From Amoebidium appalachense (taxonomy: Eukaryota; Protista; Ichthyosporea), in assembly GCA_963693365.1 (NCBI GenBank), contig CAVNZM010000010.1:8247794-8311793 (forward strand): 64,000 bases of DNA, given 5' to 3'. The notes under the pieces were generated by a model, which was not told where the DNA came from, made no database searches, and saw only the letters and a program-made list of their open reading frames with translations. The position numbers and the translations under genes are program-made. Positions 52,444 through 64,000 of this stretch are shown here, one piece after another. Within the stretch, counting starts at the first letter, position 1. The number at the start of each line of letters is the position of its first letter.

Positions 52444-53199
52444 AAAAAAAAAAAAAAAAAAGCAACGGTGCCCGGCCAACCGGCAAGGGGGGCTTTTGTC
52501 CCGACGCCATATTGCTGCCTGCTGTGCACACAACCCCGACTGCAAGAATACACAAATGCAGAAGAGAAGAAACACAATGAAGGGGTTGGAACGGTTGATT
52601 ACCATAATTTATAAAACAAACAAAAAAGTAGGAATTTTCAACGCCTTAGTGCCAAAAAAAAGAAAAAGAAAGAAAGAAAGAAAACACGGGGGGCTCTTGT
52701 CCCCACCGTGGGGCCCAGTACTACTAGTTTGCCGCCTGGCACATATGCCCTCCCCGACTGCACGAACACGCATGTTTGCAGGAGAGTAGAAACGCAAAGA
52801 AGGTGTTGGGTGGGTGGGAACTCTACAGGTCTGATGCCCCGACTCCCGGTGAAAAAAAAAAAAAAAAAAAAAAAAAAAAGTGACATTCCGGGGCGTGCTG
52901 AAGCTGGCACAGACTGCAAATGCCATGGAGTGAAGAAACGCAAAGAAGGGACTGAATTTCAATAAAATTCTTGTTTTCCTTTTTCTCAAAAGATTTAAAA
53001 AAAAAAATAAAAAAAAGAAAACACCCCCCCAAAAAATCCCATCGTGTGCCCGGCCAACCGATCAGGTGGGTCTCTCGCACCCACCCCGGTATGCTGCCTG
53101 CTGCACCGGCCAGATTCGAACGTGAGTCTCTTGCGGCAGAGACCACGGTTTCAGAGGGCCGTGCAGAGACTGAGGCCTTACCTGCTAGGCCACAACGGC
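52165..53199 (-). mobile_element. tRNA-derived SINE-like element or tRNA pseudogene head with a tandemly reiterated body
   Basis: The minus strand from 53199 reads GCCGTTGTGGCCTAGCAGGTAAGGC (A box/D arm) ... GTCTCT-loop-AGAGAC hairpin ... GTTCGAATC (B box) ... CGGTGCA. The adjacent module (plus strand ggccaaccg...gggg(c)tcttgtcccc...tgc...caaccccgac) recurs at ~52170, ~52472, ~52690 and ~53050, separated by A tracts. Confidence 0.55.
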
Positions 53200-53319
53200 G
53201 CCTCAATATAAGTCCCCCCGATCGAAATAAAGTTGTAATTTGCTGCGATCAAACCAAATGCGGCATCACTGTGAACTTATCATATGATCTCGTAAATGCA
53301 TATTTATGTGCTGAGCTAG

Positions 53320-53675
53320 TGTGAATATCAGTATAAATCTTGTACGCCCCAGTGCTAATATCAGATATAATCTTGTACATCAGTTCTAAGCTACGTGAAT
53401 ATTAGTATTGCATGCTGTGAGATATACTATGATATATATCAATATGCATGCGAATATCAGTATTATCTTGTACATGTGCTGACCTGGTGTGAATATCAGT
53501 ATAATCTTGCACGCACCAGTGCTGAGCTGTGAATATCAGTATAATCTTGTACATCAGTGCTGAGCTGACAGTGTGAATATCAGTATGCACGCTGTGAATA
53601 TCAGTGCTGAGCTGTGAATATCAGTATGCATGCTGTGAATATCAGTATCATAGTACATGTGCTGAGCTGTGAATG
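53320..53675. repeat. Degenerate satellite built on GTGAATATCAGT / GTGCTGAGCT units
   Basis: The (G)AATATCAGT core recurs about ten times with variable linkers. Confidence 0.8.
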
Positions 53676-54108
53676 AACATGCATGCAACGAGTACACGTC
53701 TGCATATAATCCCGTCACGGTTAGACTAGGAGCACACTGTTGCAAAGGTTGATGACACCAATAACAACAAGCGTTGACCTTCTTTATTTTTAATTTTTAT
53801 TTACCCTTGCGTCCACTGGCTGTTGCCTGCTACATAGCTGCCTTTGATCAACACAACGAATCACAGGGGTCACTCACTTATAAGATAACAGGTAAATACG
53901 GTTTAGGGTTTATAACCTTAAGGTTCCTCAGCGGTAGGGTTCATTATCTTATTCCCTCCCCCTCCCTGCCCCCCTCCCCCTCAGTGCTTTGTGGGTCCTT
54001 TTTCTGGGCTGTGTGAGTTTTTCTTTTTCTTTCCTTCTTTTTTTTTTTCCCTTCTTTTTTTCTATTTTGTTATTTTTTTTGTGGTGGTGGTGGTGATGGT
54101 GGTGCGGG

Positions 54109-54156
<48 letters not shown>

Positions 54157-54481
54157 CACACACACACACCGTGCACCGTGACACGGAGCCACACGCATAC
54201 ACACACATTGTTATACATACACGTGCACACACACACACACACCACATACACACAAACACACCCAGTGGCGAACGAGCACAAAATCCAATACACACAGATA
54301 ATGCACACATTTTCGCAAACCCTCCCCCCCCCCCCCCCTCCCTCCTCCTTTCCCCCCCCCCCCCCCCCCAAAAAAAAAAAAAAAAAAAAACATCCGGCAG
54401 CCCAGAAAAAGGATCCACAGTACAGGAAGGAAAGGGGGGGAGGGGGGGGGAGGGGGAGAGGGGGGGCAACGTGACATGGAG

Positions 54482-54590
<109 letters not shown>

Positions 54591-57511
54591 GATGCACACA
54601 CGTGCACATACACACACATCACACACACACAAACACACCCACGCAGACTGAGTGACAAACGAACACAAAATTTAAACATGCACACAGACATATGCAAACA
54701 TTTACGCACAGAAAGGCGCATAGAGCCAGGGAGCATTCATTAAGGCACGCGTCCGGGCATCGTGGGTCCATTAATGTAAACCGTTTCACTCTTTCTTAGT
54801 CGGTTGCACACACTAGCACACACCCACATGCACACATAAACACCAAACACACACACACACACACACACACTGAAGGACATGACACCTCCCCCCCCCCCCC
54901 CCCCCCCCCCCCATGACACCCTCCCCCCCCCCCCCCCCATGACACTCCCCTCCCCCCCCCCCCCCATGACACTCCCCCTCCCCCCCCCCCCCCACACACA
55001 CACACTCACACCCCCCCCCCCCATGACACTCCCCCCCCCCCCCCCCACACACACACACACACACACTCACACCACACATTGACTTTTTCTGTCTGTTGAT
55101 TGGTAACAAAGCATAAGCTTCAGGGGGCCTTCAAGCTTGTCAGAAAAGAAATATTATCTGCTGCACAGAAGGGCGTCTCTTGCAATTGTGCACAGCTTAA
55201 TAATAAATATTAGACTAACTATAAGTAGGGAAGCCACAGTCCCCCATCCGAATCCTCCCCCTCCTCCCCCACCCCCCCTTCCCCCTCTCCGTTATGTTAT
55301 TCTTCCCCCAGCCTCCGTAGCCCCTATTATCTTATTTTTTCATAAAATCTAGTACCAACTATCATTTAGATGAATTAATTCATTCCTGAATGACCCCTGC
55401 GCTACGGGCCTGCGACCTGCGGCTACATACGTCTAGCTATGGCAGTACAGTTTTGCATCCGCTTGGAAGATTCTACTACAGTTTTGGGGATGTGTAGACA
55501 GTCCGGAGACGATGGTGGTCCCCATGGCCATGAGAGTCTTGTGCGTGTGTGTGGGTGATGGTAGGGGAGAGAGAAGGAGAAGGGGGGATCCGGAGGGGGG
55601 GGGGAGAGACCGGTGGGCTGGGTGTGTACACACACGTATGCGCGCTTTGAGGGGGGGGGAGGGGTGGAGGGGGGAATGGGGAAGGGGGGGGGGGGGGGGG
55701 GGGGGGGACTCGGAGTCTTGAAACTGTTTTCAAATTGTTACTTTTTCATGTGGTAAGCTTACCCGAGAGCCTAAGTCGGAGAACTAGATGTACTACGGTT
55801 TACACTTTTTATTTTTTTTTTTATCTCCCGATTTGTTCCCGGAGGTACCCCTAGGGGCCCTCATGGGGAACTATCGTCTTCTACCCAGCACCGACAGTAC
55901 TCTAGCTAGGGTGCTACGATGCTATTAGCTAAAACTAACACACCTATAACACTCCTAACTATATGTACACACTTTGCCCAGGGTATCAACCCCAGCCACG
56001 CCGGTGGGTAGCACCAGGCTTCCCCTCCACTCAGAACCTACGAATAAACTTGAAAACTGGGCTCTCATTGGTTTATCTAAAGTGGTGGAATGTGTGGTGT
56101 GGTGTGGGTGGGCTTACGGGGGATAATGGTGTACGGTGGGGTCTGGTGGTGGTGGGTGGCTGCCTAATATTATATGGTGTTGTACATATCGGGTGGCTAC
56201 GGTGTAATGATCTAAGAGCCTAGGGTTGCATGGTTGGTTTGTTCTATGTGTGTGTCTGCAGGTTGGGCATGCTGCCTGTGTGTGTGGGTTGTGTGGGTGT
56301 GTGTGATTTGGGTTTCGGTGGGGCTCTACGTCTCTGTTTACGTGTGGTGTTGGAATGTTTGTGTTGTGCATTTTAGGGTGTGTGGGTGGGAGGGCCGTGT
56401 TACGTGGTGTCCATATCTTGGCATAGAAGAAAGTTTGCAATTCTACGGTTATTTCAGCTAAAATGGCACGTGCCGTGGGCTCTGCGGTGCCGAGGTCTGT
56501 TAGTAGGGGCTACTACGGTTTACACGGTACCGGTCTATAAAATATTTTGGAAAACGAAGGGAGCACTAGTACTGCCCCTCGCGAAGAATCGAGTGCATGT
56601 GTGGCTTACTGCCCAGCACGGCCACACATAAGACGAGGGATGCCGTAGTACTACGGTATATATTGCTGAAGCTATGTTTTAGGGGAAACACAAGCAGTGT
56701 ATTAGCTAGCGGATATAAACTAACCGGAAGTGATATCGTCCTGCCGGGGGGGGGGGGGGGGGGGGGGGAGGGGGGTGTAGGGGGGGGGGGGGTCCTTATT
56801 GATATGATTATCTCGGCATTAAGGCCGTTAATACATATTTTTTTCTTTTGACTGGATTTATTCAACGGAGAGATATGGAAGTACTGTATGCACGGCATAC
56901 TGAGGAGGCAATAAAAACCCCACGAGTTACCCAGTAACAAGTGCATATCACACTGTGCAGCCAAGGTACATAACACACACCTGTAGCAGGGGAAGAGGCA
57001 AAACACGACATAAAAACTCACACCTATCAACCTGCCTTTGATTAAAGAATTTCAGCACAAAAATGGCACCAACGGCGATGGAACAACGCCACTGTACAAC
57101 TTCCCATGCAATATCATATTTTTGTATGCTAAATCTTGTGCGCGGACGACCTTGCGCGCGGACAGGTAACGGTTTTTCTTTCCGATTGGCTTGTCTGTTT
57201 TTCCCAACAAGCTGATTGGCGGTTACATGTAAACAAACACTGTGATATCACACAAGTAAGCAATGTAGCATGAGGATGTTTCTGTTAGAAGGAAACTGCA
57301 TCAGCCATATCAAACCACGCCGGCAGGATATCAAAAGTAGGCAATATGTAAAATATCATGAGATCTGTACACTCTCTTGCTCATTTGATGCAGTTCCTCA
57401 CTCCTGCACCCTTCCGTATGTTCCTTCCGGCCTGCGCTGCCGCACTACGCTTCCGTCCTTCCGTCGGCCCGTTAATTCCGAAATGCCATTCGAAATTCCG
57501 AGCCCAGATTC

Positions 57512-57557
57512 AGCCAATCGGAATAAGCTTTGCAATCCGGCGGCCAGATATATAAAG
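57512..57557 (+). promoter_or_regulatory. CCAAT box and TATA box of the Ntn-hydrolase gene
   Basis: AGCCAATC at ~57512 and TATATAAAG at ~57549, ~140 bp upstream of ATG 57691. Confidence 0.55.
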
Positions 57558-57690
57558 CTCCGTCGCCGCTGGTGTCCTGCATTCAAATCGGCCACAGAGA
57601 CTTAATCTTCTAGGCCTACATACACAACACTATTTACATCGCATCCATTGCTCGCGCAGACTGTGCAAAATGCCATGCCAAACCCTCAAT

Positions 57691-58947
57691 ATGAACTCCG
57701 TTCTGCTTCTTGCCGGTGCCACTGCTCTGCTGTTGACGCCGTCTGTCCAGGCATGCAGCGACTTCCTGCTGCGCTACCCAATCACCCAAGACCAGAGCAC
57801 CTCGTACACAGTGTCTGCACGCACAGTCGACTTTGGCAACCCGGACATACACGCCAACTTGCACGCCGTCCCTGTGGGCACAGTGGTGGAGCTTATGGGC
57901 GGCAAGGACTGCAATAATTGCGCCATTACAAACGTCACAGCAAAGTACGGGCATGTCTATGCAGACACCCTCAACGACACCCGTGCAGCCATGGACGGCC
58001 TGAACACTGCCGGTCTGTCTGGCGCCTTCCAGGAGCTCCTTAGCCCCTATGGCACCTTGTACCCAAAGCACGTCATGGAAGACACCCGGCCTGCCCTGGC
58101 CTCCTACAGCCTCATCACCTACATGCTCGCCATGTGCGACACTGTCGACTGTGTCAAGAACGAACTCGGAGCCCACCAAGTGGTCGAGGGGTCCTCCCGT
58201 GCCCTGGATCTGATGCCGGGTGGGACTTACGGCTCCCACTTGCAGTTCCACGACCGCGCAGGAAAGTCGCTGGTGGTCGAGTTTATTGGTACAAACTTCT
58301 CCTCTTTCGCCCCGCTGTGCTTCAACTCCACTGAGCCCATGCACAAGTATGCCGAGCAGGCGGGTGCCCGTGTGTGCCTTTACGACAACGTGGTGAAGGT
58401 GATGACCAACGAACCCAACTTTGAGCAAATGCTTTCTAACCTGACTGGTCGCCTCGGGGGTATCGAGTATGAAGACATCTCCACTGTCCCAAACGCCACC
58501 ATTGCCGAAGTTCTGCGTACATCAGGGGGGTTCACGCCAAGCAACCGGTTTGCGCACCTTGCCATGCTGCAGGAGTTGGGTGTGCGCAATGAGGGGCAGT
58601 GGGTGCTGGGCACAGACAACGATGAGCTCTCGTTTGCGCCCACCAACCCGCGGGACGACCACATCAGCGCCGCCACGGCCATGATTGGGCGTGTGACGGT
58701 GGCCAAGGGGCTTGTGGAGCTCGAAGCCAGCGGGCTGCAGGACTGGACCACCGCATACACCTTCGCCCGAGACCACGTCAGCGGGCTGTACTACTTCAGC
58801 ACCCCCGCCATAAGGAATATGCGGGTTGTGGATCTGAGCAACCTTTTGCTTGGGAAGGACGGGGAGGGCCTTAAGCGCAAAATCCTGCCCCTTGCCAAGC
58901 CACTCGGACCCAAGTACGAAGACGTGAGCATGGCATTGTGGGAATAG
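57691..58947 (+). CDS. Secreted choloylglycine hydrolase / penicillin V acylase-family Ntn hydrolase (peptidase C59), intronless
   Basis: Signal peptide MNSVLLLAGATALLLTPSVQA directly precedes the N-terminal nucleophile CSDF. Family motifs SARTVDF, MDGLNTAGLS, HDRAGKSLVVEF, VMTNEPNF and PSNRFA are present. An in-frame upstream ATG lies at 57670. Confidence 0.92.
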   Translation: MNSVLLLAGATALLLTPSVQACSDFLLRYPITQDQSTSYTVSARTVDFGNPDIHANLHAVPVGTVVELMGGKDCNNCAITNVTAKYGHVYADTLNDTRAAMDGLNTAGLSGAFQELLSPYGTLYPKHVMEDTRPALASYSLITYMLAMCDTVDCVKNELGAHQVVEGSSRALDLMPGGTYGSHLQFHDRAGKSLVVEFIGTNFSSFAPLCFNSTEPMHKYAEQAGARVCLYDNVVKVMTNEPNFEQMLSNLTGRLGGIEYEDISTVPNATIAEVLRTSGGFTPSNRFAHLAMLQELGVRNEGQWVLGTDNDELSFAPTNPRDDHISAATAMIGRVTVAKGLVELEASGLQDWTTAYTFARDHVSGLYYFSTPAIRNMRVVDLSNLLLGKDGEGLKRKILPLAKPLGPKYEDVSMALWE

Positions 58948-59308
58948 ACACTCGACATTTTTCAGCCATTCTCAGTATATGTACAGTCATATATCATAGT
59001 GTCACGGTGGCATGCTATATGTATATATGTGAACCGATCCCGCTATAGCCGATCGATGTTGCATGATCATGAATGCTTGTCATCCCAAAAGTACTCTGTA
59101 GCAAGGGTCAATTAATCTGAGTTCAAACAGTGTGTTGTAGACACTTCAGTGTGTACCTGCTACAGTTCTGAACGGTTGAAGTTTAATGTCGCATCAAAGT
59201 AAGCTTTAAAATAATAAAGAAGACTTGCTTCTAACAGCGGTGCCATATGTAGATGGTGAATGATAATGAGCATTCTCGGCCCTAAATGATCCGATGATGG
59301 TATTATTG

Positions 59309-59403
<95 letters not shown>

Positions 59404-59468
59404 CTCTCTCTCTCCCCCCCCCCCCCCCCCCCCCTCTCTCCCTCCCCCCTCCCCCCCCCCCCCCCCCC

Positions 59469-59510
<42 letters not shown>

Positions 59511-59898
59511 CCCCTTTCCCCTCCGCCAACCCCCCTCCTTCCTCCCCCTCCTTCCTCCCCCCACCTCCCCCTCCCAATTGCAACTCTCCAGCTCCCCTCT
59601 CTCTTCCCTCTCATTCTGTGATTTTTCTATTCTGATCTGGTCACCTCACCGTGAAACTTATGCCATTCACTTGGCTTCTGCCTGTAACACGGGGCAGAAG
59701 CTCTCGAGTGTGTGTGCATTTTGCTCTTACAGAACAATATTGTTAGTCGCATAAATCATCATTGATGTCCTACTGTAAAGAGTTATCAGTGCATAGGGGT
59801 AATTGGGGTGGGGGGGGGGGGGGGGAGGGGGAGAAAGCAGAAAAAATGTTGAAAGAGAAAAACTAAACAGCACTACGGAATGTGCGACACGGACACGA

Positions 59899-60017
59899 TG
59901 GATCTGAGCAACCTTGTTCTTGGGAAGGACGGAAAGGGCCCTAAGCGCAAAAGCCTGCCCCTTGCCAAGCCACTCGGACCCAAGTACGAAGACGTGAGCA
60001 TGGCATTGTGGGAATAG
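59899..60017 (+). pseudogene. 3' fragment duplicate of the Ntn-hydrolase gene (part of a ~1.07-kb tandem duplication)
   Basis: Matches 58829-58947 at offset +1070 with a few substitutions. Similarity continues through the 3' flank to ~60850. Confidence 0.9.
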
Positions 60018-60741
60018 ACACTCGACATTTTTCAGCCACTCTCAGTACATGTACAGTCATACTATGATATCATAGTGTCACGGTAGCCTAGCTGGAATAC
60101 TATACCGATCCTATAAATAGCCGATGTTAAATGCTAGTCATTCCAATAGTACTCTGTAGCAAGGGTCAGTTAATCTCAGTTCAAACAATGTAGTTGTAGA
60201 CACTTCAGTGTGTACCTGCTACAGTTCTGCTTCAAACCGGTTGAAGTTTAAAGTTGCATCAATATAAACTTTAAAATAAAGACTTGCTTCTAATAGCGGT
60301 GCCATATGTAGATCGTGAATGACAATGAGCACTCCCGGCCCTAAATGATCCGATGATGAAATTATTGCATTCTCTCTCTCCCCCCCCCGCTCCCCCCCCC
60401 CCCCCCCTCCCGGCCCCTCCCCCTCCGCCGGGCCCCTCCTTCCCCCCCCCCCCCCCCTTTCTCCCCCCCCCCCCCCCCCCCCCCCCCCCAATTTTAGCTC
60501 TCGAGCTCCCCTCTCTCTTCCCTCTCAGTCTGTGATTTTTCTATTCTGATCCCGTCACCTCACAATGGCCTATGCCATTCACTTGGCTCCTGCCTGTAAC
60601 ACCGGGCAGAAGCTCACTAGTGTGTGCGCAATGAGCTCTTTTCGCCTTTAAAGAACAATATTGTTAGTCGCATAAATCATCATTGATGTCTTATTATAAA
60701 GACTTATGAGTGCATAGGGGTGGAACTCATTTTTTTTTTTT

Positions 60742-60772
<31 letters not shown>

Positions 60773-60999
60773 GGGGGAGGACGCAGAAAAAATGATTAAA
60801 GAGGAAAACAAACCAGCTGCACTACGTAATGCGCCACGGACACAGCTCAACAGTGAAAAAAAAGCCTGGATGGATGCATGTGGGCGAGGCGGGGGGGGGG
60901 GGGGAAAGAGGGAGGGGGGCCAAGGGGGGGGGGGGGGTAGAGGAGAGAGATTCGGGGAGAGAGAGGGGGGGGGGGGGGAAGGGAGAAAGAGGGCGGGGA

Positions 61000-61037
<38 letters not shown>

Positions 61038-61073
61038 AGGAGCGACTGGGGGGTGGGAAGGGAGGGGGGAGAG

Positions 61074-61178
<105 letters not shown>

Positions 61179-61179
61179 G

Positions 61180-61261
<82 letters not shown>

Positions 61262-61833
61262 CAATGGGGGATGGGGGGAGGGTGGGAGAGAGGCGGGGGA
61301 TAGAGAGAGGCAGGGGTTGCCCAAAGATTACTACGCACAGAGCATATACTTAAAGCGGCTCGAGTGTAAGCCGAAGGAAAGAGGGTGCCATGTACATGTA
61401 TACAAATACGCAACAGGAATGGCGCGGTTGGTACAATATACCCCCCCCCCCCCCCCTCTCCTTTATGACATTTTGCAGGCACAGTATTGATCAGCGAAGC
61501 TTATCGCTCCGAACATAGCATGAGGCACTCTCAACATCATCTCCCCCTCCCCTCCCCTCCCCCTCCCCCCCCCCCCACACACACACCCACCCCCTCCTTC
61601 CCCCTGCCACAGGAAATTTTGCACCGGGAAATTTTTGAACTGCAGGTTGATGTATAATTGAAACAGTATGTGAATTGTGGGTTTCCACTGGGTTTTTTCG
61701 TGCTCATTGGTCGTTATAGTATATAAATATGAATAACATGTTTCTAGTAGCTGTTTTGGTTAAGGTTCTAGCATTTTTGGGCAGACAAAGAAAGTCAGCT
61801 TTGTGTCCCCCTAACCCCCCGTTACGGCGTAAA

Positions 61834-61869
<36 letters not shown>

Positions 61870-62217
61870 TGGGGGCTCAGGGGGGGAGGGCATTTATGCA
61901 ACTGCAAGCTGCAGTCAACTTAGGGACAATAATCAGCAAAAAGCTGAAATCCTATGAAGAAACTCATAAGCACCTAAACAGGGCAAAAAGTATTCGGAAA
62001 AACAGTACAGAGGCAGAACTCTATTTCGAACAAGGTTCTAGTAGCCTTTTTCTATACAGTCTAGGGAAACGATCCAGTGCAAAGAATTCCCGGTGCAAAA
62101 GTTTCCTGTCACCCCCCCCCCCCCCTTCTCTCCCCCCCAGCCCCCCGACCACCACCACCACCACCACCACCACCACACTAGCACGCATGCGCGTGCACAC
62201 ACGCACACACATATGCG

Positions 62218-62248
<31 letters not shown>

Positions 62249-62321
62249 GCACAGACGCGCGCGCACGCACACGGACATGCACGCACACACGCACACACGC
62301 ACACACACGCACAAACACACA

Positions 62322-62368
<47 letters not shown>

Positions 62369-62771
62369 TGCCCCTCAATCGCATGTGTGATGTTTCTTCT
62401 TTGGTCCCAACCCCTGCACGACCCCTTTCCAAGCCCTTTCATTGCCTCTGCTAATGTGCACACTGTCGAACAAACACATCCACAAAATGTAACACAAATA
62501 TCTTTACATTGTCAGGCATGAAAGCGGTCAGCTCTCAAGACACCTAGATTGTTAACCCCAAGATATACACATCATATATATATGCTCGCAGAGAATAAAT
62601 TCTCTTTAGGCTTCTCTGTTGTTTACTCGGAACCGAAGATTCCTTGGTTTCGGAATTTGAAATAAACTTTACTTGAAACGAGATTTTGAAGAATGAGTCG
62701 AGTCGTGTGTGCGTGTGCCGCAAGTCAGGAAAGACTGTGTGTGGCACAGTGAGTACTAGTTTGTGCGGCCA

Positions 62772-62847
<76 letters not shown>

Positions 62848-62969
62848 ACGTGTTTGTGCGTGAGAGCTGTGGGCGCATGCACATACGTGCCGACGTGTGA
62901 GCGTGTGACCGTGTGGTCGTGTGTGAGCGCCTGCATGCGTGGGTGCGTGCGTGCGTTCGTGTGTACATT

Positions 62970-63099
62970 TGCAAAATGCCATGCCAAACCCTCAATATGA
63001 ACTCCGTTCTGCTTCTTGCCGGTGCCACTGCTCTGCTGTTGACGCCGTCTGTCCAGGCATGCAGCGACTTCCTGCTGCGCTACCCAATCACCCAAGACC
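62970..63099 (+). pseudogene. 5' fragment duplicate of the Ntn-hydrolase gene
   Basis: Appears identical to 57664-57793 (signal peptide plus CSDFLLRYPITQD), then runs directly into a poly-C tract and the downstream-flank repeat. Confidence 0.9.
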
Positions 63100-63102
63100 C
63101 CC

Positions 63103-63135
<33 letters not shown>

Positions 63136-63431
63136 CCTTCCCCAGGGCCCCTCCGCCGGGCCCCTCCTTCCTTCCCAGGCCTCCCAATTGCAGCTCTCGA
63201 GCTCCCCTCTCTCTTCCCTCTCAGTCTGTGATTTTTCTATTCTGATCCCGTCACCTCACCGTGAGGCTTATGCCATTCACTTGGCTTCTGCCTGTAACAT
63301 CGGGCAGAAGCTCTCTAGTGTGTGTGCAATGAGTTCTTTTCGTCTTTGAGCAATTCGGTCACATAAATCATCATTGATGCCCTACTGTAAAGACTTATCA
63401 TTGCATAGGGGTGGAACCCTTTTTTTTTTTT

Positions 63432-63472
<41 letters not shown>

Positions 63473-63818
63473 AGGGGGGAAGCTGAAGAAGTGTTTACAG
63501 ACGAAAACTAAACAGCACCACGGAATGCAACACAGTCTGAGATACAGCTCAACAGTGCCACAAAAAACCTGGATAGATGCATATGGGCGAGCGGGAGGGG
63601 GGGGGGGGGGAGGGGGGGGGAGGAAGAGGGAGGGGACTTTGGGGGGGGGGGGGGGAGGAGAGAGACTCGGGGAGAGAGGGGGGGGGGGGGGAAGGAAGAG
63701 GGGGAGAGAGGGAGATAGAGGGGGGAGAGGGAGAAAGAGAGAGAGGGAGAGAAGGAGGGATAGCGAGGGAGGGAGGGAGGGAGGGAGGGGGGGGGGGGGG
63801 GGGGGGGGGGAGAGAGGG

Positions 63819-63981
<163 letters not shown>

Positions 63982-64000
63982 GGGGGAGGGAGGGAGGGAG

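Noticed and set aside
53104-53199. Functional tRNA gene
   Set aside because: Acceptor, anticodon and T stems do not pair well enough; kept only as a tRNA-derived element.
55791-56660. Recurrent TACTACGG(TTTACAC) motif and the palindrome CCGTAGTACTACGG as transposon ends
   Set aside because: Matches are too short, and I could not pair convincing TIRs with a TSD.
57634-58428. 264-aa antisense ORF over the Ntn hydrolase (and similar antisense ORFs over the SapA gene)
   Set aside because: Shadow ORFs caused by codon bias of the sense gene; no motifs.

Overview
Intron-rich eukaryotic genomic DNA whose introns and intergenic regions are saturated with (CA/GT)n, (GA/CT)n and poly-C/poly-G tracts; nearly all long ORFs in the supplied track are microsatellite artefacts. 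By joining exons by eye (GT/AG ends, phase-checked) I find five spliced genes: a small PX-domain protein (+), an ER-bound oxygenase/MpaB-Lcp family haem protein (-), a TPX2-like protein (+), a PRL/PTP4A-type phosphatase fused to a BET extra-terminal (ET) domain (-), and a 22-exon mitochondrial DNA polymerase gamma (POLG) homologue (+). There are also two intronless secreted-protein genes: a 4x saposin-A-domain protein (-) and a choloylglycine hydrolase/penicillin V acylase-type Ntn hydrolase (+) with two broken duplicate fragments. The most striking items are (i) a full-length POLG paralogue that has lost key catalytic residues in both the exonuclease and polymerase sites (ExoII D->A, motif C HDE->HNE) and also shows one frameshift and one in-frame TGA, (ii) the ET-PRL fusion lacking a CaaX box, and (iii) splice acceptors built directly on (CA)n repeats. 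A hAT-type MITE with an 8-bp TSD and a tRNA-derived SINE-like element are also visible. POLG, PRL, TPX2 and SapA together suggest an opisthokont, possibly a unicellular holozoan; this is inference only. All family assignments come from remembered motifs, not from database searches.
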